IMG/VR virus record: IMGVR_UViG_3300021197_001365
Coordinates: 13,736-77,735 of that record
Origin: a virus
Strand: one strand, 5' to 3'
DNA: 64,000 bases
Of the stretch, positions 40,080 to 49,716 are shown piece by piece. The notes under the pieces were generated by a model. It had not been told where the DNA came from. It ran no database searches and worked only from the letters and a program-made list of their open reading frames with translations. The stretch's first letter is position 1. Each line of letters begins with the position of its first letter. The translations under genes and the position numbers were made by a program.

Positions 40080-41395
40080 TATTTAAACTTACGACTTCCA
40101 GGAAATCCTCCAAAAGGTAATGAACGATCTGTATTTTGATGAACCGCATTCGAACTTGCAGAAGTTTTAGGATGAAATCTACACTTACAAGATTGTATAG
40201 TTTTTCCACAAACATCGTTTGCTTGTGTAGTAGGACTATTATCTATATCAAACCAAGGACCTAATCCCCAAGTTCCGGGATGCGCTATATTGTCGTCTGC
40301 AACAGAAGCCCCTGCTCCCGCATTTATCGGATCTCCAGTAACATAATATGTTTGTCCTCCGCTTGTAACTACGTCATTCGCGGCATATGGAATACTTGGG
40401 GTTTGGTCAAAAGCTCCTCGAATTGTATACCCCTTCCAGTCTTCCCATGTTCCGGGATGTGCGTTATTATCTGCTGTTATAGAGCTTTCATCTCCCGCAT
40501 TTGCCGGGTCTCCAACAAGGCGATATCTATTGCGACTAAAGTACCCTGCAAATCCACCCCCGCCTTGTCTAACTATAGCATTAGCAGAATAAGTAGTTCC
40601 TTGAGTAAAATTCCCTACAAAATCATACCCTTGAGAGACCCAAGGACACCCCGATTTTACAGAACCTGCTGCAGCTCCTTTGTATTCCCAAGGACAATAT
40701 TTTCCTATAACATATCGATTCGGAATTTGCAAACCCTGAACATCCAAAGGATTTGCTAATTCAAATTCTACTAATATGCTAGTTTCTCCAGCTACTCTAT
40801 CAAGCACAAATTTTTGTTCTGGGAACTCTATTGGAGCAGGAGCATTAAGTACATGATAACTTCCCGAAGTACCCGTTTTCGTAGCATGATCATATGGGTA
40901 CCATCTTACTGTCCCTAGATCATTAGCCCGTATAAAAGTATTTTTTAATAGAGTTTTTCTATATGTTACTAAAGAGCCTAAAACATCTTCATTTTTTGAA
41001 ATATTTAACCCTTGAAGAATGGCATCAATATTTGTTTCATCTTCTTTAGCGTCCCCTGTCGAAGGTGTTAAAGTACTATCATAGTCAGATACTCTTGCAA
41101 TCGAAGCAACATTTGCAACACTTAAACTAGGTCGAGAAGCTGCCCCTGCATTATCAACTGAAATTCCATCTATTTGTATAGGACAAGCTAAATATTGTGC
41201 CCAAATTGTTGATCCCCCGGTTTCATAAGGCATCCAGAGATTAAACTCATTGGGATCTTCTAATCCATTCGTTAAATGAAGTATCTCTGTTTGAGTAGCT
41301 CCATTTGAATCTTTATATTTTAGTTCTACATCAAACAACTCAATAAACGCATCGTCTAAAGCTGTTTTTTGTACTGTGTCAATTAAGTCTACCAT
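40079..41395 (-). CDS. Minor tail protein, lambda gpL-like
   Basis: VEFELANPLD, CPWEYKG...C, DVCGKTIQSCKCRF, LPFGGFPG (Fe-S cysteines). Confidence 0.92.
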   Translation of the reverse strand: MVDLIDTVQKTALDDAFIELFDVELKYKDSNGATQTEILHLTNGLEDPNEFNLWMPYETGGSTIWAQYLACPIQIDGISVDNAGAASRPSLSVANVASIARVSDYDSTLTPSTGDAKEDETNIDAILQGLNISKNEDVLGSLVTYRKTLLKNTFIRANDLGTVRWYPYDHATKTGTSGSYHVLNAPAPIEFPEQKFVLDRVAGETSILVEFELANPLDVQGLQIPNRYVIGKYCPWEYKGAAAGSVKSGCPWVSQGYDFVGNFTQGTTYSANAIVRQGGGGFAGYFSRNRYRLVGDPANAGDESSITADNNAHPGTWEDWKGYTIRGAFDQTPSIPYAANDVVTSGGQTYYVTGDPINAGAGASVADDNIAHPGTWGLGPWFDIDNSPTTQANDVCGKTIQSCKCRFHPKTSASSNAVHQNTDRSLPFGGFPGSRKFK

Positions 41396-41400
41396 CTTAT

Positions 41401-41853
41401 TTAAGGCTCGTATACTCTTCGTAATTGTGAAGTAACAGTGGCCACTGTATCCGTAACATATGTTAAAGTATAGCTATCACAAGCTACTTTTATAGTTTCG
41501 TGAACATCTGTCGCATTTGCGCTTTCTACATCTTTTGTATTAGTAATTTCTAAGTTAAAATTCAAACCTTTTTTAGAATCAAAAAATGCAGCAATTAAAT
41601 TTGCTTCTTTATAATCTCTATTCTTAAAAGTTAATCCAAAATTCTCTTGTTTACTGTTGATTCCGTCAATAGCCCTCTGTTCATACCCATCACCAAACTT
41701 TGCTGTAAGAAGAGAAAAGCTAGTTTGTCGGGATAATCCTCTATCTCCAGTTATAATATAAGTATCGTTAGTACCACGAGCGGGAGTAGCAGCACCCAAA
41801 AGAGTATCTAAGTCTGTATGGGCTATCGTGAATTGATATTTTGTGGTTGACAT
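41401..41853 (-). CDS. Distal tail protein, lambda gpM-like
   Basis: AKFGDGYEQRAIDGIN signature; C-terminal RRVYEP. Confidence 0.9.
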   Translation of the reverse strand: MSTTKYQFTIAHTDLDTLLGAATPARGTNDTYIITGDRGLSRQTSFSLLTAKFGDGYEQRAIDGINSKQENFGLTFKNRDYKEANLIAAFFDSKKGLNFNLEITNTKDVESANATDVHETIKVACDSYTLTYVTDTVATVTSQLRRVYEP

Positions 41854-44800
41854 TATGCTACCCCATAAGGACTAAGAATCCCACCAGAGCGTTTCTGATT
41901 TTGAAGTTCTTTTTGTACTGCTATAGCTATAGCATTTCCTAAGTTTGTACCCTGCTGGGAGTCTCCAGAAGTATTTTTACTACCTCCTCCACCTCCTTCT
42001 GCCATAGTTACATTTACAGTTACATTATTTGTTCCGCCTGCATTTCCTTGCAAGTCTACAGGTATTGAACGATTATTTGGAAGTGGGACTACTGCTTCTG
42101 TTCCGTGTAGAATTGCAGGATAACCTCCATCCGGGCCTTTTGCAACTCCTCCAACACCATAGCCTCTGGGATCTTTCATTACTCCGCCATATCGAGCTTC
42201 TTCTTGAACCCCTCCATAACGACTTTTGGGTATGCCAAGAAAGTTTCCAAAACCTGAGCCTCCAAGTGCTGCTGTAAGAAGTTTTGCAACAAGAAGTTCC
42301 GTAATAATTTTAGCAATCATACTTAGTATGCTTTTTGCCATACTTGCAAAAGCTTGTTTTGCTGTCATTGTGCCTTCAACTAAGCTCTGAAAAGCTGATT
42401 GAAAACTGCTTTGAAGAGTATTTCCAATTCTTAAACCTGCAGATTCAAAATCACTTGCATTTCTTTGTGCATTTTCAACTAAAGTATTTTGATTTGCTAT
42501 TTGCTGTTCTACCGTATCTCTTTCGGCTTCTTTATCGGAACGAGGTATGCCTGTTAGAGCCCCCTCTCCTGTTATATCTAAAGCATTATTTATTGATTTT
42601 AATTGATTTTGTAGCTGTAGTAATTCATTCTGTGCCTGTAGAACTGCAATATCTTTTAATCTTTCTTCTCTAAATCTGCCACTCAATGCTTCTGCTTCGG
42701 CTCTTTGTCCTTGTAATTCAAGGGCCTGTAAAGCTAATTTATCTGCTGTTTCTCGTAGTGTAGTAAATTCTTCTCTAATAGCTTTTAATCTTCCGCCTAA
42801 AGTGTCTGCTAGTATTTCTCCTGCTTCAGAACTTTCATTAAGATTTTCTGCAAGCTCGTTTGCCTTAGATGCCGCAAGCTCTATTTCCACTAATCCTCTT
42901 TCTATTGCTTTTGAATCCCCTGTGAAAAGTCCCGGCAAATCTCCTACTTTTGACTTTAGTTCAGTTATTGTTCCAATATAAGTAGAAGCAAATAGCTCTA
43001 TTTTTTCAACTGCTTCAGTGCTGCCCGCCATTGCAGCATCGAACATCTCTTTACTTATATCATTTAGCCCTGCTTTTTGAATTTGCTCTCTAAAAGTCTC
43101 CACTGCTGCTCGTCCTGCCTCAGGATCAAGAAAAGATAAAGCATCTGCTTTTCGCATCGCACTGCCTATACCTAAGGTGGCCATTCCTTGTACTCGAGCA
43201 CGTGAACGTTCTTGACCAGATTTATTGAAAGCGGACTTACCTGCGGCAGCTTCTGCGCTTAAATTAATTGCATCTCCCAACTCCCCATATTGGGCTATAA
43301 GATCATCTAAAGCTTCCTGTCTTCTAGATATTCTTGCTTGCTCATTTTCAAAAGTCTGTAGCTTATCCATTACTCCAGGAAATGTTTCATTTATAAGAGT
43401 AGTAAACTTCTCATCAAAATTGTCGGCAAAGGTTAAAGGCTGAATCACAACTTCCCCCTCTTCAAGACCTAACATTTTTTTAAGTCTATCTGGAAGTTTA
43501 TTAACCAAACCATTTATTAACTCCACAACTAAATTTGCAAAAAATTGAATACCCTTTGCCATGGTACCAATCATTCCAATGATTCCGCGAGCAAGAGTGG
43601 CAGGAGCATTAAAAAGAGCTTCAAAGGCTTGTACTATACTAGAAATAATTCCAAGAATAACTGTTACCTTCATGGCGGCATTTATAGCTTTACCTGCAAG
43701 TTTTGCAGTTGCTGCAACGCCTTTCCAAGCAGCTTTAAGACTAATCACTGCAGGCGTCGAGAATGCTCGTATAAAGAGTCCAGTTTTTTTAGAAAGATTT
43801 TTTACTCTTTGACCAAATTTTAAGTGCTCTCTTTCCATATCATCAAGAGCACCTTTTAAGTGGCGAAGTCTTTTTATATCTTCACCTTCAAAAATACCGC
43901 TTACAATTTCGCCGTGTCTTTGATATTCTTTCTCTGCTCTTTTTAGAGCTTTCTTAAGAATAGTAATATCTCTTTTATTAGCTGTGCCTTCAGCGACCTT
44001 TTGCACAGTTTTACTGCGAGTGCCGTCTGCTACCATTTGCCCTGCGACACCTTTTGCTTTTTTACCCGCTTTTCTTTGTAGCTCTTCTACACTAATTACA
44101 CTTCTATCTACACTATCTTGAAACGCTTTATAATCATCTATAGCATCTGTAATTGCTTTTTTACTCTCTCTTCCAAATTCTGCTACGGCAGCTCCCATAT
44201 TTTTAAAGCCACCTACTGCTCCGGCTAAAGGATTTAAAGATACAAAAAAGCTCTTCATGAAGCCTGTCAAAGAACTCATGCCTGGAATAGTTTTAACAAT
44301 AGATAATATTAGTAATCCAAAAAATAAAGCTGCAGCTTTAGCATTTTTATTTAATATATCTGCAACAAACTCAAAGGCTGGAAGAACCCCTTTTGTTATA
44401 TCTCTTGTAATATCTGAAAAGGTTTTAGATAGCTCTATAAAAGCATTTTTATCAGGATCTACATTTCCAAATTGTTGATCTATCTGTCTTTGTACTTCTA
44501 AAAGCACTGCTTGACTTCTTTCTGTGTCTGTTAATGCTTTTACATTTTTACCTAAAGCAGCAGAATATCTATTAGTAGCATTTTCAAGACGAAGCGTAAT
44601 ACCTAATTCATCCAAAAGTTCTGGTTCCGCTTTTGATACGCCACGAACTAAACGATCGAACGCATCTTCAAAGTCTCGTCCTAAAGCTGTGGATGCTTTT
44701 CGTGCACCTTCTGCTAATTGTTCCATTTGTGAGGCAGAAAAGCCTTTTGCAACACCAATTGCAGTTGCTTGGGCAGCTTCTTTAAAGCCCAGCATACCTC

Positions 44801-45182
44801 CAGAAGCCTCTCTAAGTCTGGAAGTCATTGCTCCGAGAGCTGTACCTGTACGCTCTGCAAAAGAAACTTGTTGTTCTTCTAAGTTTCTTACATCTGCTGC
44901 TCGTTTAAAGAAATCGAAAGCGGCAGTAATAGCAAATACTTGTGCAGCAAGAGTTGCATAGGCAGGAACAAGACCTCCTGTAATACCTTGCGCCATTTTA
45001 GTAAAGTTTTTAGTGCCATTTGCAGAAGTTTGTGCAGCACCTTTAAGATTGCGATCTGCAGTGCGCGCAGATTTGCCCGTTCGCTCTAATGATAGACCGA
45101 GCTTATCGGCATCCACCGCAAGTCTTTTTGTAGTTCCTTTATCATCAACAACTACATCAATAAAAACTTTATTTTTTGCCAT
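41853..45182 (-). CDS. Tail tape measure protein
   Basis: 1109 aa helical, Ala-rich; KAEPELLDELGI T5 pb2-like motif; C-terminal LHGTEAVVPL, QKRSGGIL. Confidence 0.93.
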   Translation of the reverse strand: MAKNKVFIDVVVDDKGTTKRLAVDADKLGLSLERTGKSARTADRNLKGAAQTSANGTKNFTKMAQGITGGLVPAYATLAAQVFAITAAFDFFKRAADVRNLEEQQVSFAERTGTALGAMTSRLREASGGMLGFKEAAQATAIGVAKGFSASQMEQLAEGARKASTALGRDFEDAFDRLVRGVSKAEPELLDELGITLRLENATNRYSAALGKNVKALTDTERSQAVLLEVQRQIDQQFGNVDPDKNAFIELSKTFSDITRDITKGVLPAFEFVADILNKNAKAAALFFGLLILSIVKTIPGMSSLTGFMKSFFVSLNPLAGAVGGFKNMGAAVAEFGRESKKAITDAIDDYKAFQDSVDRSVISVEELQRKAGKKAKGVAGQMVADGTRSKTVQKVAEGTANKRDITILKKALKRAEKEYQRHGEIVSGIFEGEDIKRLRHLKGALDDMEREHLKFGQRVKNLSKKTGLFIRAFSTPAVISLKAAWKGVAATAKLAGKAINAAMKVTVILGIISSIVQAFEALFNAPATLARGIIGMIGTMAKGIQFFANLVVELINGLVNKLPDRLKKMLGLEEGEVVIQPLTFADNFDEKFTTLINETFPGVMDKLQTFENEQARISRRQEALDDLIAQYGELGDAINLSAEAAAGKSAFNKSGQERSRARVQGMATLGIGSAMRKADALSFLDPEAGRAAVETFREQIQKAGLNDISKEMFDAAMAGSTEAVEKIELFASTYIGTITELKSKVGDLPGLFTGDSKAIERGLVEIELAASKANELAENLNESSEAGEILADTLGGRLKAIREEFTTLRETADKLALQALELQGQRAEAEALSGRFREERLKDIAVLQAQNELLQLQNQLKSINNALDITGEGALTGIPRSDKEAERDTVEQQIANQNTLVENAQRNASDFESAGLRIGNTLQSSFQSAFQSLVEGTMTAKQAFASMAKSILSMIAKIITELLVAKLLTAALGGSGFGNFLGIPKSRYGGVQEEARYGGVMKDPRGYGVGGVAKGPDGGYPAILHGTEAVVPLPNNRSIPVDLQGNAGGTNNVTVNVTMAEGGGGGSKNTSGDSQQGTNLGNAIAIAVQKELQNQKRSGGILSPYGVA

Positions 45183-45616
45183 TAGCGCCGCACATTATGG
45201 GTATAGGTTTTACTACCCCCTGCAGATTTTGCTTTTCGCTCCTCTGCTTTCTGTTTATTCTCTGATTCTTTCATTTTATATTCTATCAGGTATCGTTCAT
45301 ATACTTTTGCAAAATATAAAATAATTTTTGGTTCTGTGGGATAGTCATAAACTCTTACTATCGTATCAAAATCTGACCAATTCTTACCAAGATAAGTTCC
45401 CGACATACCTTCCCATCTATCAGACAGGAAACTAAATATAAAAAATGCCACTTGAACTTCTTCTGGAAATGCAGAAGGCTCGAGCGGCATTTTGGTGGGA
45501 TCAGGTACTTGCCCTAGTTGTTCGCACATCAATAAATATTTTTCAATATCTAATTGATGACGCTCTGTTACATATCGTTCAAGTAGCTTTTCGATTTCTG
45601 CTACTTGTTGCTCGTA
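45182..45616 (-). CDS. Tail assembly chaperone, frameshift (gpT-like) portion
   Basis: -1 frame is open from the slippery site at 45616 through the listed 45182..45532 ORF. Confidence 0.8.
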   Translation of the reverse strand, partial: YEQQVAEIEKLLERYVTERHQLDIEKYLLMCEQLGQVPDPTKMPLEPSAFPEEVQVAFFIFSFLSDRWEGMSGTYLGKNWSDFDTIVRVYDYPTEPKIILYFAKVYERYLIEYKMKESENKQKAEERKAKSAGGSKTYTHNVRR

Positions 45617-46026
45617 AAATTTTCAAGGTCACCTACTGTCTCCGTTAGCCAACTGTCAAAGTCGGAGGCATTTTTCATGAGAAGTTCGGCGTTTTCTTGA
45701 GTATAGGGAAGTTCATCATCTGGATCAAGTTCTGAAATATCCACCAAAAGAAGCTCTTCCAGGTATCGATATTTAAGACCTTTCCATCCTTTGATTACTG
45801 CTTTACAATACTCTACTAAAAACTTATCTTCATCTAAGTGTTCTTCCGGTTGTCGAGTTTTTCTATCAAACTTTGTGCTAACGCATTTTTTTCGTAGCTT
45901 GAGTAGTTCTTCTCGTGCAAGATAGCATAAATCTACGCTCATTCCGGCACATCCGGGAAAATCAATTGCAACTGTCTTACTTGGAGTCATAAGACTCGCG
46001 AGAGAAACAGGAGTTTTATCAGTCAT
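45601..46026 (-). CDS. Tail assembly chaperone (gpG-like)
   Basis: Between tail tube and TMP; VIKGWKGL...YTQENAELLM; AAGGAA RBS. Confidence 0.88.
   Translation of the reverse strand: MTDKTPVSLASLMTPSKTVAIDFPGCAGMSVDLCYLAREELLKLRKKCVSTKFDRKTRQPEEHLDEDKFLVEYCKAVIKGWKGLKYRYLEELLLVDISELDPDDELPYTQENAELLMKNASDFDSWLTETVGDLENFTSNK
45616..45622 (-). other. Programmed -1 ribosomal frameshift site A-AAT-TTT
   Basis: GAA AAT TTT ACG near end of gpG-like ORF; XXXYYYZ heptamer in correct phase. Confidence 0.85.
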
Positions 46027-46066
46027 GTTTTGTTCCTTAAAAAGTTATTGGGTATTTATAACACAT

Positions 46067-46106
46067 ATTATAGCGAAGGTAAGCTGATATGTCAAGAATT
46101 ATTTTT
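46067..46106 (-). promoter_or_regulatory. sigma70-type promoter for chaperone/TMP/tail-tip operon
   Basis: AAAAATAATTC-TTGACA (46095-46090), 17 bp, TATAAT (46072-46067). Confidence 0.9.
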
Positions 46107-46114
46107 ATGACCTG

Positions 46115-46143
46115 AAAAGAAAAAACCCGCCGAAGCGGGTTTT
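46115..46143 (-). terminator. Rho-independent terminator after tail tube gene
   Basis: AAAACCCGC-TTCG-GCGGGTTTTTT on - strand. Confidence 0.92.
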
Positions 46144-46162
46144 AGTAGAAATGTTGATGTTA

Positions 46163-47776
46163 TTATGCGCTAACTCCAAATACCTCGATTTGAAACTCAT
46201 CAGCAGTATCAAAGTCTTCGGTATACGCACCGAAGTTTGTTTCTAATGAAATAACATCTTCAATACTATGACTCGGCACATCGATGTGTACTTTCGGAAA
46301 GTTAAAGTGAACGCGAGGTTCTGTAGAGCCCGTACCCCCAACCTTAAATGTAACATCAAAGTCGTTTACAACTTTTGTAAGACCTTTAGTTGGGTCTACA
46401 AGATCTGCAAAGAAGTCTGCTGAAGCACCTGTATTTCCTGTAGCGTCATCAAATACAAGATAGCAAGTAAAGCTTCCACCAATTGCACGTGCTCCAGTTA
46501 CGCCTTCGATTGGCTTGTTAATAGTACCAATTTCTTCTGGAACCAAGTAGGTAACATTATTTCCAATAGTAATGTTTCCACCTGTTAGAGTAAAGTTATA
46601 AATGCCAGTATCAACTACTCCAGAATTTCCTGTATGAGTACCTGTGCCGGCGAGTGCACTGCCTCCATCAGTAGCTGAAACTGTAAAAGTCGTGGTACTA
46701 GGCACAGTTTTTACAAAAAGTGTAGTATTCCAACTACTAGCATTTGTAAGTCCTGCAACGCTAGATAGTTTAATTGTATCTCCTACTTTTAGACCATGAG
46801 CAGTTGTTCCTGTTGTTACAACTCCTGGACTAGCAGTAGTAATCGCACTAATAGATACTCTTTTTCCTTCCATTACATCGGGATTTTGACCTCTAACTTC
46901 AAGTTGAGTCAAACGATTACGAATAAAGTTATTCGTGGAAGTTACACCTGTTGTAATCGCAGTTCTAAACTCGTCATGAACCGCAGGGCTCGCATTACTT
47001 GCATCAATAGGAACAGATAGTCTAAAGTCATTTCCACTATCTAAGAACAGCAGATTCTGAGCTATTGAAGGAGCTGAAGTGCCTACATTTACTTTTCCTG
47101 CTGTTTGCATATCTGTTACTTCTTTTGCGAAACCAGACCAGTTAGCAGTAGCAATTCCATCAATATCAAAATCAATAGAGCACTCATTTACAATCGAATT
47201 TGTAAGTTTATATACCATTGGATTCGTTGTGTCTGTTTCAAATACAAAGTATAAAGTCATTTTTGGTAGAGTTGCACGATTTGAGTTTTTAAAGTCTAAA
47301 AGACCTCCTACTGCGGTACTATCCGAAGGAAGAGTTGCGCCCTCTTCATCATGAACTACACCACTTACTGTACCTACTCCAGCTACTGGATTCGTACTAC
47401 GAGTATAGTTTCCGGTTAACGCAGGCCCTGTTGCTGTAACTCCGGTTCCAGCAAAGTTATCTGCACCTGCCATTGCTGCCCAAAGAACTTGGTCAACAAG
47501 ATGCATTTTATTTGACCCATGATTAGTAGGCCTCATATAAGTGCTAAAAGACCATTCCGCAGGAGACAGAGAGTCAGTAAAAAGACGACGACCCCTTCTA
47601 CTAGTACCTGCGGTACTTTCCATTTCATTTAGTCCAATCTCAGTTTGATTTGTAGCCTGAGAAAAGCTGAAGCCATCCAATACAGGAATTTCCCACAGTC
47701 CTTGGAAAGAACCATTGATTCCCGTAAGCTCGACATAAAGTTTCGAGTCGCGGCTAAAATAAAGTTTATCTGCCAT
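46163..47776 (-). CDS. Major tail tube protein (T5 pb6-like)
   Basis: WEIPVLDGFSFSQ, LSPAEWSFSTYMRP, DFDIDGIAT, ITIGNNVTYLVPEEIG; AGGAG RBS. Confidence 0.92.
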   Translation of the reverse strand: MADKLYFSRDSKLYVELTGINGSFQGLWEIPVLDGFSFSQATNQTEIGLNEMESTAGTSRRGRRLFTDSLSPAEWSFSTYMRPTNHGSNKMHLVDQVLWAAMAGADNFAGTGVTATGPALTGNYTRSTNPVAGVGTVSGVVHDEEGATLPSDSTAVGGLLDFKNSNRATLPKMTLYFVFETDTTNPMVYKLTNSIVNECSIDFDIDGIATANWSGFAKEVTDMQTAGKVNVGTSAPSIAQNLLFLDSGNDFRLSVPIDASNASPAVHDEFRTAITTGVTSTNNFIRNRLTQLEVRGQNPDVMEGKRVSISAITTASPGVVTTGTTAHGLKVGDTIKLSSVAGLTNASSWNTTLFVKTVPSTTTFTVSATDGGSALAGTGTHTGNSGVVDTGIYNFTLTGGNITIGNNVTYLVPEEIGTINKPIEGVTGARAIGGSFTCYLVFDDATGNTGASADFFADLVDPTKGLTKVVNDFDVTFKVGGTGSTEPRVHFNFPKVHIDVPSHSIEDVISLETNFGAYTEDFDTADEFQIEVFGVSA

Positions 47777-47836
47777 AGATTATCTCCTATGTCTTGAAAA
47801 GGCATGGACGTGAACGTTTGTTCGTGCCAGCATTTT

Positions 47837-48298
47837 CTAGTATCGAACCTCTACAAGTATTTCGCCTACTCCCAGAGGATCTAACACACCTTCATCAGTA
47901 TCTATACTGAGAACTGTGATTTGTTGAGTAAACTGCTCTAGTCCCATACGATCATAGTAGCGCAGTCTACTATTTTCTTCAATAACTGTCTCTACATCTT
48001 CTAAAAGTTCGTCAAGAGCATCTGTAGAGTCTTCTTGATTTACATAACATCGAATAGTTACATTTAAAAAGCGGTCTTTATATGCTCCGCCTTGGTATTC
48101 TCTACTTTCAGAGCCTGCATTTAAATGAATTGCAGGAAACTCTTCTACTTCATCCCAAAACTTAAGGCGAGGACTAACTTCAGCAACTGCTGTATGATAA
48201 ATACCTCTTCCATCTATAAGAGCAAGTTTATCCGCAAGTCCTTTTGTTATAGCAGACCTACGGCTTGTATACTGTCTGTGTGCCGGTTTTTCTGCCAC
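47837..48298 (-). CDS. Tail terminator protein (T5 p142-like)
   Basis: KFWDEVEEFP, SIDTDEGVLDPLGVGE; position. Confidence 0.85.
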   Translation of the reverse strand: MAEKPAHRQYTSRRSAITKGLADKLALIDGRGIYHTAVAEVSPRLKFWDEVEEFPAIHLNAGSESREYQGGAYKDRFLNVTIRCYVNQEDSTDALDELLEDVETVIEENSRLRYYDRMGLEQFTQQITVLSIDTDEGVLDPLGVGEILVEVRY

Positions 48299-49716
48299 TA
48301 TACTCTCCTAGTATAAAATCTGCCCAATGCTAGTTCTGCTGCTATTTCTCGAATAGAAGAATCAATCAATACGCGAGGATCTCTATCTGAGTTTGCCCAA
48401 GGACTTCTTCCTTTTCCTGGCTCATACACTTGGTATGGATTTTTCTGATAAGTATAGCCAAAACTTGGAAATCCTTGAGGAGTTGTTAAAACCTCTGTTA
48501 ATTTTACACTATTTGCAAATGTTCCTGTTCTATTTTCTAGTCTAGGATTCCTCATGTTCTTTCTAACCGTTTGTGGCAACTTTTGATTTATTAGGGCCAT
48601 CATAGAAAACATACTTCGTTGTGTATCTGATTGCTTATTAGAGGTTGAACGTGCTTTTGGTCGAGCAGCTAGTGCTCCACCTCTAGAAATCTTTTTAGCT
48701 GAGTATCCTTTCCCTCTTTTTCCTTTCTCTGTAACTTTTGTTCTGGTCTTTGTTTTTACTTTTTTTGAACCTAACTTTACTTTTACGTTTTTTCCTTTCT
48801 TAAGATTTTTTACTAAATGATCATGAACAATTGTTTTTTCAATCTTCTCAAAAAGAGTGCTAGAACCTTCTAAGTTTTCATACTCTATATTTCTGAAAGT
48901 CATCTCAAAAGCGTTTAGAAAAGCTTCTTGAATTTGTTTCTCTTCTGTTGAGCCTCTTTTTATATTAACCTCTGCTAATACAGGTGTTAAAAGCATTGAT
49001 AGTCCAGCTTTTAAATCTCCACCCTTTGAAATAATTTGCTCTGCATCAATAACTAACTTCATCACAATGCCGTGCATTTTTCCTTTTTGTCCTTTTGTAA
49101 GATCATTTAAAGAGCGATCAAGAACTGCTGTTAAGTTACTTGCAAAAGTCTTTCGAAAACCTTTTGGTAATTCTCCTTGTTCTGCTGCTACCTCAAAAGA
49201 CCCGACTACAGAACCTACAAGACCAGAAGCAGTACCATCGGCTCCATGGTCTAAATTTACAGTTTGACCAAACTCTTTTCTACTATAACTATTTTGGCTT
49301 ATTTTTTCTGCGTACCCTTCATTAAAATCATTTATATTATCTCGTATAGTTTCAAATGATTTTGCTACATAAAAGATATTTTTACCAAAAGTTAATCCCT
49401 GCTTTTTTACAATTTGCATAAAAAATCGAGTTTGAGGATTTTTATCCTTTGGAAAAGGTTTATGCTGTCCTCTAATATACTTTTTAAATGCTGCTCTGTA
49501 CTTTGTACCTTCTTCCTTAGTTAAAGGTCTACCAATTGCTGCTTCATACCCAATTTGTATTGCCCTTGTTTCTCTATTTTTTATAACTAAGCATTGTCTT
49601 ACATCAGCAGATTGAAGTAAAATACGAGCAGCATCCCCAACTGTTTTTTCACTTTTACGATTATAGTTTTCAATCAGCTTTGCAGCAATTTGCTTTCTAA
49701 ATACTGATTTACTCAT
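48298..49716 (-). CDS. Tail completion/neck protein (T5 p143-like C-terminus), long and basic
   Basis: C-terminal LENRTGTFANSV...YTYQKNPYQVYE...RDPRVLIDSSIREIA; position. Confidence 0.75.
   Translation of the reverse strand: MSKSVFRKQIAAKLIENYNRKSEKTVGDAARILLQSADVRQCLVIKNRETRAIQIGYEAAIGRPLTKEEGTKYRAAFKKYIRGQHKPFPKDKNPQTRFFMQIVKKQGLTFGKNIFYVAKSFETIRDNINDFNEGYAEKISQNSYSRKEFGQTVNLDHGADGTASGLVGSVVGSFEVAAEQGELPKGFRKTFASNLTAVLDRSLNDLTKGQKGKMHGIVMKLVIDAEQIISKGGDLKAGLSMLLTPVLAEVNIKRGSTEEKQIQEAFLNAFEMTFRNIEYENLEGSSTLFEKIEKTIVHDHLVKNLKKGKNVKVKLGSKKVKTKTRTKVTEKGKRGKGYSAKKISRGGALAARPKARSTSNKQSDTQRSMFSMMALINQKLPQTVRKNMRNPRLENRTGTFANSVKLTEVLTTPQGFPSFGYTYQKNPYQVYEPGKGRSPWANSDRDPRVLIDSSIREIAAELALGRFYTRRV

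Noticed and set aside
42180-42225. RYGGV tandem repeat near the TMP C-terminus
   Set aside because: Small local duplication of a common TMP motif with no evidence of separate function
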